Origin: Eledone cirrhosa
Lineage: Eukaryota
Assembly: GCA_964016885.1 (NCBI GenBank)
Contig: OZ024762.1
Location: forward strand, 18,166,001 to 18,230,000
Direction of reading: 5' to 3'
Length of the DNA: 64,000 nucleotides
Below, one piece after another: positions 11,982-24,182 of this stretch (positions are counted from its first letter, which is position 1; every line of letters begins with the position of its first letter). Under the pieces are notes generated by a model. It did not search any database, was not told the DNA's origin, and saw only the letters and a list, made by a program, of their open reading frames with translations. A program made the translations under genes and the position numbers.

Positions 11982-12107
11982 ACATTGACGAATGTGATAT
12001 CATGAAGAATGTCTGTAAAAATGGCCGCTGTACCAACCGTATTGGAACATTTACTTGTATTTGTAATGAAGGATACAAAACTGATCCCACTGGAAAAAAC
12101 TGTATTG
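11982..12107 (+). CDS. FBN: Fibrillin exon, cbEGF (DIDECDIMKNVCKNGRCTNRIGTFTCICNEGYKTDPTGKNCI)
   Basis: ccag/gtctgt, 126 nt. Confidence 0.94.
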
Positions 12108-13019
12108 GTCTGTATACTTTCTTTCTATATAATATGATTGGGGGTGGGGGTTGGGCAATGCCTCACACTTCTTCTTCACTTTTTTCTTCTTCTTCTTCTT
12201 ATTATTATTATTACAGTAATGAGGGCGGTGGTTTGGCAGTATCGGTAGAGGGTCAGACGCTATGCTTCACGGCATAGAGTTACGGCCCTTTACATTCTGA
12301 GTTCAAATCCCGCTGAAGTTAGTTTTGCCTTACATCCTTATTGGGTGGTAAATTAGCAGTATCGGTAGAGCGTCAGACACCATTCTTCGTGGCATAGAAT
12401 TATGGAGGAGGGTAGATTGGTAGTAACTGGAAGAGCGTCAGACACCCTGCTTCACAACATAGAGTTACGTCCCTTTATGATTTGATTTCATATCCTGCCG
12501 GGGTTAACTTTGCCTTTCGTCCTTACGGGGTCGATAAAATAAAGTACCAGTAATGTACTGGGGTCAATTTAATCGATTTTTCCCTTCCTGCATAATTGTT
12601 GGCCTTGTGCCTAAATCAAAAACTATTATTATTATTATTCGGTAGTGGATTGGCTGTATTGGTAGAGGGTCGGACGCCATGCTTTGCAGTATAGAGTTAC
12701 CGCCCTTTACGTTCTGAGTTCAAATCCCGCCGAGGTTAACTTTGCCTTTCATACTTACGGGGTCGATAAAATAAAGTACCAGTAATGCACTGGGGTATTT
12801 GCTGGCCTTGTGCCAAAATTAGAAACAATTATTATGGGGAAGTTCCACAACCAAAATTGTCTGAACCTTATAGATAAATCTACAGATCCAAGTTATATTT
12901 GGTATAAAATGAGAGCGTTCAATTAACAAAGGTGTTAGAATGTTGTATAAATGTATAGCAGTGTTTCCTCAGTCTCTCTTTAAATTCTGAGCTCAAATTC
13001 CTCACAGGTAAAAACTTTC

Positions 13020-13460
13020 ATCTTTCCATGGTTCATAAAATAAAGTACCAATCAATTGGGGATCAATATAATTAAGTACCAATCAAAGATACTGGGATCA
13101 ATATAATAAAGTACCAATCAATTGGCAGTCACCTTTCATCTTTCCATGGTTCATAAAATAAAGTACCAATCAATTGGGGATCAATATAATTAAGTACCAA
13201 TCAAAGATACTGGGATCAATATAATAAAGTACCAATCAATTGGCAGTCAATATAATAAAGTACCAATCAATTGGGATTAATATAATAAAGTACCAACCAA
13301 TTGAGATCAATATAATAAAGTACCAGTCAATTGGGATCAATATAATAAAGTACCAATCAATTGGGATCAATATAATAAAGTACCAATCAATTGGGATCAA
13401 TATAATAAAGTAGCAATCAATTGGGGGTCAATATAATAAAGTAGCAATCAATAATACTGG
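13020..13460. repeat. About 30-bp minisatellite expanded inside a SINE A copy
   Basis: AATATAATAAAGTACCAATCAATTGGGATC units between the SINE body and tail. Confidence 0.8.
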
Positions 13461-13572
13461 GTTCAATTGAATTGTTCCTCTCCCCAGTTGCTGGCCTTGT
13501 GCTTAGAAACAATTATTATACAATAAAATATCTACTTCCAGTTCATTATATATATATATATATATGTATATA

Positions 13573-13962
13573 TCATCATCATCATCACCATTTTACGTTC
13601 GTTCTTCCACGCTAGCATGGGTTAGATGGGTGTCCTGTTGTGGGCAGTGTCCGGTCGGCTGACCATGTCTTGCTCATACAGGAACTGATTCTGGCTTGAT
13701 TTCTACAGTTGGATGCCCTTCCTAACACCAACCTCATTTACAGCGAGTGCTGGGTGCTTTTTTGCCGTGGCACCTCCACGACCACTTTGCAGTGGAATGA
13801 TAGGGACCCCAGTCCCTATCGTCTCATTTCTACAGCTGAGTAAACTGGAGCAATGTGAAATAAAGTGTCTTGCTCAAGGAAACAACACATCACCCGGTCC
13901 GAGAATTGAACTCACAACCTTTCGATTGCAAGCCCAATGCTCTAACCACTAAGCCATGTGCC

Positions 13963-13965
<3 letters not shown>
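13573..13965 (-). mobile_element. SINE B with a longer 3' tail variant
   Basis: same head and body as the other copies. Confidence 0.85.
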
Positions 13966-14039
<74 letters not shown>

Positions 14040-14513
14040 AGTCCTGTAACTCTGTTGTAGGGGCGCCATCTTAACATATGGTGTCTCTAGAGCATTGTTA
14101 AACCTGGTGGAGCCCATCTCCTCTCCGGGTCTGAGAACAGCAGATTTCTTCCAAAGAAGAATAGAGAGAGTGAGAGAATGGGTGGGAGAAAGAAATATAG
14201 ATGAAGAACCAACTCCTGTACTAGACTGGGTTTTTTTTTTCTATCAATTTTGAATGGATGAAAGACAAAATTGACCTTGCCAAGATTTGAACTCAGTGAG
14301 TAGAGAGCCAAAATGAATATTGCAGCGCATTCTATCTGAGGTTCTAAAGACTCTACCAATTTGACGTCTATTATTTCATATATTCCATATATTCGCAACC
14401 ATATATTCCAGTTCAGTATGACTGACTAAAAGACACTTGAAGGCATTGCCCCAGCATGGCCACAGTTTCATCACATCTTTGCTCTAATTTGCTCCGTCTG
14501 TCCCATATTTCAG

Positions 14514-14636
14514 ACATTAATGAATGTGAACAGAAGCCGTCTCCTTGCCAGAATATATGTCAGAATACCGAGGGAAGTTTCCTCTGTACCTGCCCTGTTG
14601 GTTTTGTACTTAACATGGATGGCCGCACATGTCGAG
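14514..14636 (+). CDS. FBN: Fibrillin exon, cbEGF (DINECEQKPSPCQNICQNTEGSFLCTCPVGFVLNMDGRTCR)
   Basis: tcag/gtaaa, 123 nt. Confidence 0.95.
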
Positions 14637-14674
14637 GTAAATATATCAACACTACACTCCATTTCTTCTTCCTC

Positions 14675-15440
14675 TTCTTCTTCACCCACTTATTCCTGAA
14701 AGGGTCATGGGAGCAGAGTCCTCAAACACTCCTTCTAGTGGGTCCTGTCAGAAGCAACTGTCTCCAACTGGATCCCAGAGCGAGACCAGCCGAGCTCATG
14801 ATGTTATCGTCCAATCATCTGGCTTGGGATCTACCCCTGGGTCTCTTGCCGGTTGGTTTTGCCCGTGAAATCCGACCAGCAATTCTTTCCCGAGACATTC
14901 TAACCACATGTCCATAGTATCAGAGCTGTGATATCTCAGTTCAGAGAAGTAGCAGCTCTACCTGGAGTGACTCTCTGATCTCCGAGCTACAAATCTGTCC
15001 AGTGATTCTTTCCTGAGACATTCTAACCACATGCCCATAGTACTGGAGCTGTGATCTCTCAATTCAGAGAAGTAGTAGCTCTACCTGGAGTGACTCTCTG
15101 ATCTCTGAGCTACACACTCTATAGATTAACATCACTCCAAAAACCCTTTTGAGGAACCCCATTTTGGCTGCTTATATTTGCAAACATATTCTTTCAGTCA
15201 TTACCCTAGATTCATGACCATAGGTAAGGGTTGGCACGAATACCAAATTGAAGACAGTGAGTTTGGCTTTTACGCTTACCTCCCTTCTTCTGATTACTGA
15301 ATGCTGCAGCTGGCGCATTACTGCACCAGCTCCTGCAATTCTTGCATTTAATTCAACCTCCTGCCTTCCATCACTCATGAACACAGCCCCGGGATACTTG
15401 AACTTCTCTACCTGCTTCTGGGTAACTCTGTGAGTCACCA
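14675..15440 (-). mobile_element. RTE-type LINE 3' fragment (related piece at 51905-52270)
   Basis: VEKFKYPG...ELNARI...PTLTYGHES, RT C-terminal region of RTE-clade LINEs. Confidence 0.8.
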
Positions 15441-16079
15441 TTTCTTTTTTTTTTGGGGGGGGGGGGGGGGGGGCAAAAAATGGGGTCCTAACCTTAAAAG
15501 GAAATTAGCAGTAGCACTAACATAGCATGTCTAATATTTGAGGTGTATATGAAGGTATATATTGTATGACATAACCACAGTTAAAACATTCATAGCAAGA
15601 CTCTTATATGTTTATTATATATACATTTACCACATATGCAGTCATATACACCTCTGTTAAATTGTATAATGTTTGCAATAAAAAATTATAAAGAGCAATG
15701 AAAATAAAAGAAAACAGAGAGGGGCAGGAGACTCCTATCTAGGAGGTATATTTCAGCTGCATCTTGCAGACAAAATGGTGAAGGCTTTTGCCAGGGAGAA
15801 AAGCCAGCAACATTCGCTACATCAGCCACTCCAACTCATAGTGTTCCTTTTTCAAGCATGATGCACTCCTAACTTTGCAGAGGAAAATAGCAATTCAGGG
15901 ACCAAGGAGTTTTGACGGTGACCACCCAATATATCCACTTTTCTTATCCAATCCTACCTACTTTTCATCTATCGTTTTCTATAACAATAAACAACAGCAA
16001 CAACAACAACAACAACAACAAACAAACCACCACTTCAATGATGTTTTTTCCTCTTCCTTCTTCTCTCCTCTATTAACAG

Positions 16080-16199
16080 ACATTGATGAGTGTAAATCTG
16101 GCCAACACAACTGTCCCTATGGTTGTATCAACACTATCAGCAGCTATAAATGTGGTTGCCCTAAGGGACTGAAAGAAGGACCATCTGGGAACTGTATAG
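16080..16199 (+). CDS. FBN: Fibrillin exon, cbEGF (DIDECKSGQHNCPYGCINTISSYKCGCPKGLKEGPSGNCI)
   Basis: acag/gtaag, 120 nt. Confidence 0.95.
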
Positions 16200-16596
16200 G
16201 TAAGAAAGATACAGACATCATTTCTACACACTTATATATTTGATTAAAAGCCAACCACCCATTTTATATCTGAGAATCATCATCATCATCATCATCAGTT
16301 TTTTTACATCCACTTTTCCATGCTTGCATGGGTTAAAATAGGCAAAACTCCAAACCCATTTATAAGCTGAGGCAGGTAATCAACACACTGTGTTTAGATG
16401 GTGCAGTTTTGAAATTCTCATGAGTAGAGAATATATTTATGAAGTTTTAATATTTTGATATTTAAAATGTTTTAAGAACCATTTAAAGTACAGTTTTTGT
16501 TTCACAACTCCATTATGTAATAATTCTTTTACCCATTTCCAACCATTTTGAAGGCTGTATTCATTCAAAACATTATCAAATACAATAGAAATTTCA

Positions 16597-17428
16597 CTTC
16601 CAAAGTGAAACTGGTGTAATATTTACCTCCAAAGTGAAACTGGTGTAATATTCACCTCTAAAGTGAAACTGATGTAATATTTACCTCCAAAGTGACACCA
16701 GTGTAATATTCACCTCCAAAGTAAAACTGGTGTAATATTTACCTCCAAAGTGACATCAGTGTAATATTCACCTCCAAAGTGACACCAGTGTAATATTTAC
16801 CTCCAAAGTGACACCAGTGTAATATTCACCTCCAAAGGGAAACTGGTTTAATATTCACCTCCAAAGTAAAACTGGTGTAATATTCACCTCCAAAGTGAAA
16901 CTGGTGTAATATTCACCTCCAAAGTGAAACTGGTGTAATATTCACATCCAAAGTGAAACTGGTGTAATATTCACCTCCAAAGTGAAACTGGTGTAATATT
17001 CACATCCAAAGTGAAACTGGTGTAATATTCACCTCCAAAGTGAAACTGGTGTAATATTCACCTCCAAAGTAAAACTGGTGTAATATTCACCTCCAAAGTA
17101 AAACTGGTGTAATATTTACCTCCAAAGTAAAACTGGTGTAATATTTACCTCCAAAGTAAAACTGGTGTAATATTTACCTCCAAAGTGACACCAGTGTAAT
17201 ATTCACCTCCAAAGTGAAACTGGTTTAATATTCACCTCCAAAGTAAAACTGGTGTAATATTCACCTCCAAAGTGAAACTGGTGTAATATTCACATCCAAA
17301 GTAAAACTGGTGTAATATTTACCTCCAAAGTGAAACTGGTGTAATATTCACCTCCAAAGTGAAACTGGTGTAATATTCACATCCAAAGTAAAACTGGTGT
17401 AATATTCACCTCCAAAGTAAAACTGGTG
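16597..17428. repeat. 29-bp minisatellite, about 28 copies
   Basis: TAATATTCACCTCCAAAGTGAAACTGGTG. Confidence 0.93.
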
Positions 17429-17586
17429 GATAAAATAGAGAAGGCATTTCCCCAAAGGATGGTGAGGGAGATGTACTGGAAGAACCATTCCATCTCGCGA
17501 AGCTCACACCTGTGGCTAGCATTTGTTATTTACTCTGTGTATTTATAATTGGTTTAGAATTTATTACAAGTCATTCTTCATTGTAG

Positions 17587-17712
17587 ATATCGATGAGTGT
17601 TTGGAAGATCCACGTCTGTGCATCCGAGGAATATGTAAAAATACGGAGGGTAGTTTCACATGCCAATGTCCCCGTGGTTATGTTCTAGACAAAACCGGTA
17701 CCAAGTGTGTTG
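17587..17712 (+). CDS. FBN: Fibrillin exon, cbEGF (DIDECLEDPRLCIRGICKNTEGSFTCQCPRGYVLDKTGTKCV)
   Basis: gtag/gtaag, 126 nt. Confidence 0.95.
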
Positions 17713-18657
17713 GTAAGTAGTACTTTGATGTTCATTTAAGTACCAGTAATATGCCCCAGTATTTGTTACAGCTAGCTTCATTCTGAGTTCAAATCCTGCT
17801 AAGGCCAACTTTGCCTTTCATCCTACCAGGATCTTCTTCATTCACTTATTCCTGAGAGGGTCGTAGGGGCAGAGTCCTCAAGCATACCTTCCAGTGGATC
17901 CTGAGGTCGATAAAATAAATTACCAGTCTAGTACTGGGGTCGATTTTTCCTCTATGTCTCTTTAACTCTTTCTCACTTCTTTCTATCCTTTACTGGAAGA
18001 AATCAGCCATGTTTTGACCAGGAGAGAGGGAATGGGCTCTGACAGGCTTAAAACAGCACCCCTACAACACAATCATGAGTTAAAGGCCCTTGATTTTCTT
18101 TTCTTCTTTAACATACTGTGATGTTGCTGGAATTCACTGCACCCAACCCCTCCTACAACAATGTGGGTTGTACCTCAATCAGAAACTATTACTATTATTA
18201 TTATTCGATTGGCAGTATCGGTAGAGGGTCGGACACCATGCTTTGAAGCATAGAGTTACGTCCCTTTATGATCCGAGTTCAAATCCCGCCGAGGTTAACT
18301 TTGCCTTTCATCCTTACGGGGTCGATAAAATAAAGTACCAGTCACGCACTGGGGTCGAGTTATTCGACTTTCTCCTCCCCAAAATTGCTGGCCTTGTGCC
18401 AAAAGTAAAAACAATTATTACTATGCAGTATCGGTAGAGGGTCAGACACCATGCTTTGATGCATAGAGTTACGGCCCTTGCCATTCTGAATTCAAATCCC
18501 GCCGAGGTTAACTTTGCCTTTCATCCTTACGGGATCGATAAAATAAAGTACCAGTAATACACTGGGATATTTGCTGGCCTTGTGCCAAAAGTAGAAACAA
18601 TTATTATTATTACTATTATTATTATTATTATTATTATTACTATTATTATTAATACAG

Positions 18658-18774
18658 ATTTGGATGAGTGTGAACATGGTTTATGTGAGGAAAACTGTGA
18701 AAATATGCCAGGAAGTTACCACTGTGAATGTCCACCAGGTTATAGTGAACATTATTATTGGAAGAGCTGTGTTG
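18658..18774 (+). CDS. FBN: Fibrillin exon, cbEGF (DLDECEHGLCEENCENMPGSYHCECPPGYSEHYYWKSCV)
   Basis: acag/gtaag, 117 nt; H-Y-x-W-x-x-CV is characteristic of the third-last fibrillin cbEGF. Confidence 0.95.
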
Positions 18775-18804
18775 GTAAGTTATTTAATAATGATGATAAT
18801 GTAA

Positions 18805-19190
18805 TTATTGTGTACAGTGCTCAGGTGCACTACAACTCATCAAAGGTGCATGTATAGTACATAGAATAATGTACAAATATCAGGAACAGTGAACAGTGTA
18901 TGAGTCATGATATAATGAAAATTATTGTGTACAGTGCTCAGGTGCACTGCAACTCATCAAAGGTGTATGTATAGTACATAGAATACTGTACAAATGCCAG
19001 GAAAGTGAACAGTGTATGAGTCTTGATATACACACAGATACATGTATGCGTGTGTATGGAGGCGGAATTTCAGGAAGCATGGAAATTTTGAAGGATGCAG
19101 TGTCCTGACAGCTAACAACTGATGCTGGTAGTTTGTTCCATGCTTCATCAACTCTGAGCATGTGACTACACAATAGAAAATTGTCATAGT
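18805..19190 (-). mobile_element. CR1/L2-type LINE 3' end with duplicated 3' UTR (UTR pieces also at 47055-47165 and 51410-51520)
   Basis: RVDEAWNKLPASVVSCQDTASFK resembles the CR1 ORF2 end. Confidence 0.65.
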
Positions 19191-19334
19191 CCACCTTGGT
19201 TATATAATGTACATAAAACTGGTTCTAACCATGAAATATAAGGTAAAAGTGTAAACTGTTATTATGTTTTTTGTTTTTTTACTTCATCAGCACAACCTAT
19301 ATATACTGAGTACCCTAGTGATGTAATGAAATAG

Positions 19335-20400
19335 TGCTGGTGACACTAGAAAAGCACCCAGTCCACCCTGTAAAGTGGCAGAGCTGGTGACACTAGAAAA
19401 GCACAGTCCAGCCTCTAAAGTGGTAGAGCTGGTGACAGTAGAAAAGCACCCAGTCCACCCTGTAAAGTGGTAGAGTTGGTGATACTAGAAAAACACCCAG
19501 TCCACCCTGTCATGTGGTAGAGCTGGTGACACTAGAAAAGCACACAGTCCACCCCGTCATGTGGTAGAGCTGGTGACACTAGAAAAGCACCAAGTCCACT
19601 CTGTAAAGTGGTAGTGCAGTTGCCACAACAAAGACACCCAGTCCACTCTGTAAAGTGGTAGAGCTGGTGACAATAGAAAAGCACACAGTCCAGCCTGTAA
19701 AGTGGTAGAGCTGGTGACAATAGAAAAGCACCCAGTCCAGCCTGTAAAGTGGTAGAGCTGGTGACAATAGAAAAGCACCCAGTCCACCCTGTAAAGTGGT
19801 AGAGCTGGTGACACTAGAAAAACACACAGTCCACCCTGTAAAGTGGTAGAGCTGGTGACACTAGAAAAACACACAGTCCACCCTGTAAAGTGGTAGTACT
19901 GATGACAATAAAAAAACACCCAGTCCACTCTGTAAAATGGTAGAGCTGGTGACACTAGAAAAGCACCCAGTCCACCCTGTAAAGTGGTAGTACTGATGAC
20001 AATAAAAAAACACCCAGTCCACTCTGTAAAATGGTAGAGCTGGTGACACTAGAAAATCACACAGTCCAGCCTGTAAAGTGGTAGTACTGATGACACTAGA
20101 AAAGCACCCAGTCCACCCTGTAAAGTGGTAGTACTGATGACAATAAAAAAACACCCAGTCCACCCTGTAAAGTGGTAGAGCTGGTGACAATAGAAAATCA
20201 CACAGTCCACCCTGTAAAGTGGTAGTACTGATGACAATAAAAAAACACCCAGTCCACCCTGTAAAGTGGTAGTGCAGTTGCTACATCAAAGACAGCCAGT
20301 CCACCCTGTCATGTGGTAGTGCTGCTGGTACCATGACAAAAATCCCCTGGCAACCCTATAAGGTGGTAGTGTTGGAATCACAATAAAATGCTCCCAGTGC
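19335..20400. repeat. 47-bp minisatellite (SINE-B-related module)
   Basis: GCTGGTGACACTAGAAAAGCACCCAGTCCACCCTGTAAAGTGGTAGA. Confidence 0.9.
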
Positions 20401-20501
20401 ACTCTGTACAGTTGTTGGTATTAGGAAGTGCATCCAGCTGTAGAAACCATGCTCCCAGTGCACTGGTGATGATAATGATAATCTTTATTTTTTTTGTTCA
20501 G

Positions 20502-20624
20502 ATGTTGATGAATGTATGATGGGAAGCCCCTGTGGAAATGGTGGCTGTATCAACATGCCTGGCAGTTACAACTGTAACTGCAATATTGGGGACAACTTTG
20601 ACCCCCGCCAAGGAACCTGCCTTA
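20502..20624 (+). CDS. FBN: Fibrillin exon, cbEGF (DVDECMMGSPCGNGGCINMPGSYNCNCNIGDNFDPRQGTCL)
   Basis: tcag/gtgag, 123 nt. Confidence 0.93.
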
Positions 20625-21420
20625 GTGAGTTGCTCCTTTTTTTTCTTTTCTTATATTTTTTGATTAATGTGTTCAGCTCGCATTCTGAGTATCACGAGTT
20701 TGATTTCTTGGGGCACATTGTGTCCTTGAGCAACACTTTATTTTTTTTTAAAAAGAGTAGTACTTGAAATTCATAGGACCAGCTTTGTCAAACATTATAT
20801 CACACCGAATCTCCCTGAGAATTAAGTGATTTGTCTAAACCATGCCAGTATTGAAAGCAGGTGTAAGATGATGATGATGATATCCTTGAGCAAGACATTT
20901 TATTTCATGTTGCTCCAGTCCATTCATTCAGCTGGAAAAAAAATGAGTTGTATTTGTAATTTAAAGGAGCAGCCTTGTCAAACACTATGCCACACAGGAT
21001 CTTCCTGAGAATTAAGTCACTTTTCCAGAGCATGCCAGTATGGAAAGCAGATGTAAAACAATTATGATGATAGCATAGATCTTCTTCTTTATTGAGTCGC
21101 TACACCTCACACATCTAGTGTGGCACACAGAGCCTTGCCTGGGGTGTTAAGGTTTCAAGGTCCTTAAGTGTTCGTGAATCTTCAAGATTGGGGCAAACTA
21201 GAAGGTGCTCCATAGTTTGTAATTGCTTGCATTGGCAGTTAGAAGCATCATCGGTGTCACATCGCCCTACAGCGACCAACAACTGTTCAGGGGTGATTCA
21301 GGTAGGACCAGAAGGACCAACATCACTGGAGCCAGGGGAGAGGGATTCTGTAGGGCTGAGAGAGAACCTGTGTTCCACGTTGTTAATCATCAATTACAGA
21401 GATTTATGAAAGACATATTG

Positions 21421-21627
21421 AAATGTAACGGGGATCAAGATGGAGGTTTAAATGTAAAGGGGATCAAGATGGGGGTTTAAATGTAAAGGGGATCAAGATG
21501 GGGGTTTAAATGTAACGGGGATCAAGATGGGGGTTTAAATGTAAAGAGGATCAAGATAAGGGTTTAAATGTAACGGGGATCAAGATAGGGGTTTAAATGT
21601 AACAGGGATCAAGATAGGGGTTTAAAT
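21421..21627. repeat. 29-bp minisatellite, about 7 copies
   Basis: AAATGTAACGGGGATCAAGATGGGGGTTT. Confidence 0.88.
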
Positions 21628-21759
21628 CCCACCAAGATCAACTTTGCTTTCCAGCTTTTTAAGTTTAATAAAAAAAAAATTTTCTTTTTAATTAATTTTT
21701 TAAAAGTTAAAAAAAACAAAGGACCAGTCCAGTTTATAACAAAGTACTTGAAATTTCAA

Positions 21760-22038
21760 CCCTTTAGCATTTAAACCTGCTGTATCTAGCCAAAATTCTC
21801 TCACCTCTTTCTGTTTAAACCGGCCATAACTGGCCACTCATACTGATGTTAAAGTATTGTTTTCAAAATAAATAATCAAAATCTCATACTATGTGAGATA
21901 TTATGTGACATAAAGCCTTTACCATGAAAATACAATAGTATATATTGAGTAATGTAAATGCTATGTGAGATATTATGTGACAAAGCCTTTACCATGAAAA
22001 TACAATAGTATATATTGAGTAATGTAAATGCTAAAGGG
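21760..22038. mobile_element. piggyBac-like MITE (TIR CCCTTTAGCATTTA); copies at 34612-34816, 46257-46477, partial at 37640-37820
   Basis: CCCTTTAGCATTTA...TAAATGCTAAAGGG with TTAA-like flanks. Confidence 0.75.
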
Positions 22039-22118
22039 TTAAACCTGATATTTTAACCTAAGATTTCATTTGTGATGCAACTGCTCATGATTATATTTTT
22101 TATTTATATTTAATTCAG

Positions 22119-22227
22119 ATGGTTTTGATGTATGTAGCAGTGTTCCTTGTACATTTGGATGTTCTCCCTACGGTAGTAATGACTATGTGTGTGGTTGCCC
22201 CACAGGATATCAACGTATAGGTCAAGG
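22119..22227 (+). CDS. FBN: Fibrillin exon, last EGF (NGFDVCSSVPCTFGCSPYGSNDYVCGCPTGYQRIGQG)
   Basis: tcag/gtagat, phase 1-2; CGCPxGYxRIGQG matches the last fibrillin EGF. Confidence 0.92.
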
Positions 22228-22788
22228 GTAGATATATTTATTCATTTATTCAAATTGCTTTTTTTTTTTAAATGTGTTAAACCTTTGACCTCTAAAATTT
22301 AAATAAATTGAATTAGGTATCTGAACAAACATATCCTTTCAAAAGAGTAGATTTTTTTGGTCTAAAAGATTATATATATATATATATATCAAATTTGCTA
22401 AGATTCTTTTGTTATCTTAGCAATCTTGATTTTCTTTCTAGTGCATTGAATGGTTTTCAAAATTATTTGAATTTGTGTTTCCTATTCAACAATGCTTCAA
22501 GCAAACTACAACATTCTGATATATATATATATATATATAATTGTTTCTACTTTAGGCACAAGGCCAGCAATTACCCAGTGCATTACTGGTACTTTATTTC
22601 ATCGACCCCGTAAGGATGAAAGGCAAAGTCAACCTCGGCGGGATTTGAACTCAGATCGTAAAGGGGCGTAACTCTATGCTTCAAAGCATGGCGTCCAACC
22701 CTCTACCGATACTGCCAATCCACCACCCTATATATATATATAAAATAATAGTAGTTAAGACTGGATTAGTTCACCATAATTGTTTATT

Positions 22789-22839
22789 ACATGATATATA
22801 TTTCCGTTACATGGTTATTCATGTGACTTCATCAGATGC
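22789..22839 (-). ncRNA. Minimal type-I hammerhead motif
   Basis: minus strand gcat-CTGATGA-agt c acatg aataac catgt a acg-GAAA-tatata-TC-atgt. Confidence 0.68.
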
Positions 22840-23044
22840 TTACACAATCATAGGTACAGTTGTGCAATTATTGGGATATCCTGTATGCCAGCCTACATCA
22901 TTGCAGGATAGTTATACATGGCCACCAGCATATCCCAATGATTGCATAAGCATCTGATGAAGTCACATGAATAACACATGAATATCATGCAATAAACAAT
23001 TATGGTGAATTAATCCCGTCTTTACTACCATTATTTCATGAATG

Positions 23045-23212
23045 GCGGTGGATTGGCAGTATTGGTAGAGGGTCGGACGCCATGCTTTGACGTATAGAGT
23101 TACGGCCCTTGCCATTCTGAGTTCAAATCCCGCCAAGGTTAACTTTGCCTTTCATCCTTACGGGGTCGATAAAATAAAGTACCAGTAATGCACTGTGCCT
23201 AACGTAGAAACA
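23045..23212 (+). mobile_element. SINE A with 15-bp target-site duplication
   Basis: ATTATTTCATGAATG at 23030-23044 and 23213-23227. Confidence 0.88.
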
Positions 23213-23836
23213 ATTATTTCATGAATGAATACTCCATCACTCATTATCACCTACCTGGGATAAACCACTGATGTGAAGTGCTTTTGGATCACTAAAAGCA
23301 CTTCACATCAGTATATAACTGGTATATACTTAGTTGTTATGTCATAACTTATCCCCAAGAAGTTATGACATAACAACTAAGTATAAGGAACATTCCTCTG
23401 CAATATATATATATATAGTAATGATAATAAATGTGAAGACTAAAATCCAAAGAGGGCTCGATAAGCGTGAAAGCAGCGATTCTTTGCTTAAAGTTTAATC
23501 TGTTATTTTAGTAAATATATATATATATATATAGTTGATAAAAGAAACAAAACAAACACAGGGATGCAGAAATACAAAGTCATATTAGATTCACACTTGG
23601 AGGAAGTGGATATATATATATATTTATATATATTACACACACATTCAGACATATATATTATCATCATCGTTTTTACGCCTGCTTTTCCATGCTTGCATGG
23701 GTTGAACGAGTCCTTCTCAGCATGGCATCTCTCCATTTGTGTACCTTCATCATCTCCGCTGCCAATCTTTCCAATTTGAGGATTTTCTGGCATTTCTTCA
23801 CCCATTGGGTTAATATACATATATATATATATTTTG

Positions 23837-23897
23837 TATTTTATCTGATGAGAGCGTACCAAAATTTTGGTACCCTTGAAATATATATAATAGAATA
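23837..23897 (+). ncRNA. Minimal type-I hammerhead motif
   Basis: tattttat-CTGATGA-gag c gtaccaaa at tttggtac c ctt-GAAA-tatata-TA-atagaata. Confidence 0.8.
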
Positions 23898-24150
23898 AAT
23901 ATGGTTTTATAAATATAGTTTCCATTTATTAATATCATTGATATTATACTCCAAGAAACCTGTCGAGTGCTTCGAATCTGTTATAAATATATTTGTGGAA
24001 TTACCAACAAATTAAATATCTCTTTGCTTATATATATATATATATATATATAAACACACACACATATAATTATTAAGGCCAGTTACTACAATGGCGTCAT
24101 ACCAGGAACATACTTTTTGTTGGACCTGTGCTGATGGAAATGAACCAGAA

Positions 24151-24182
<32 letters not shown>

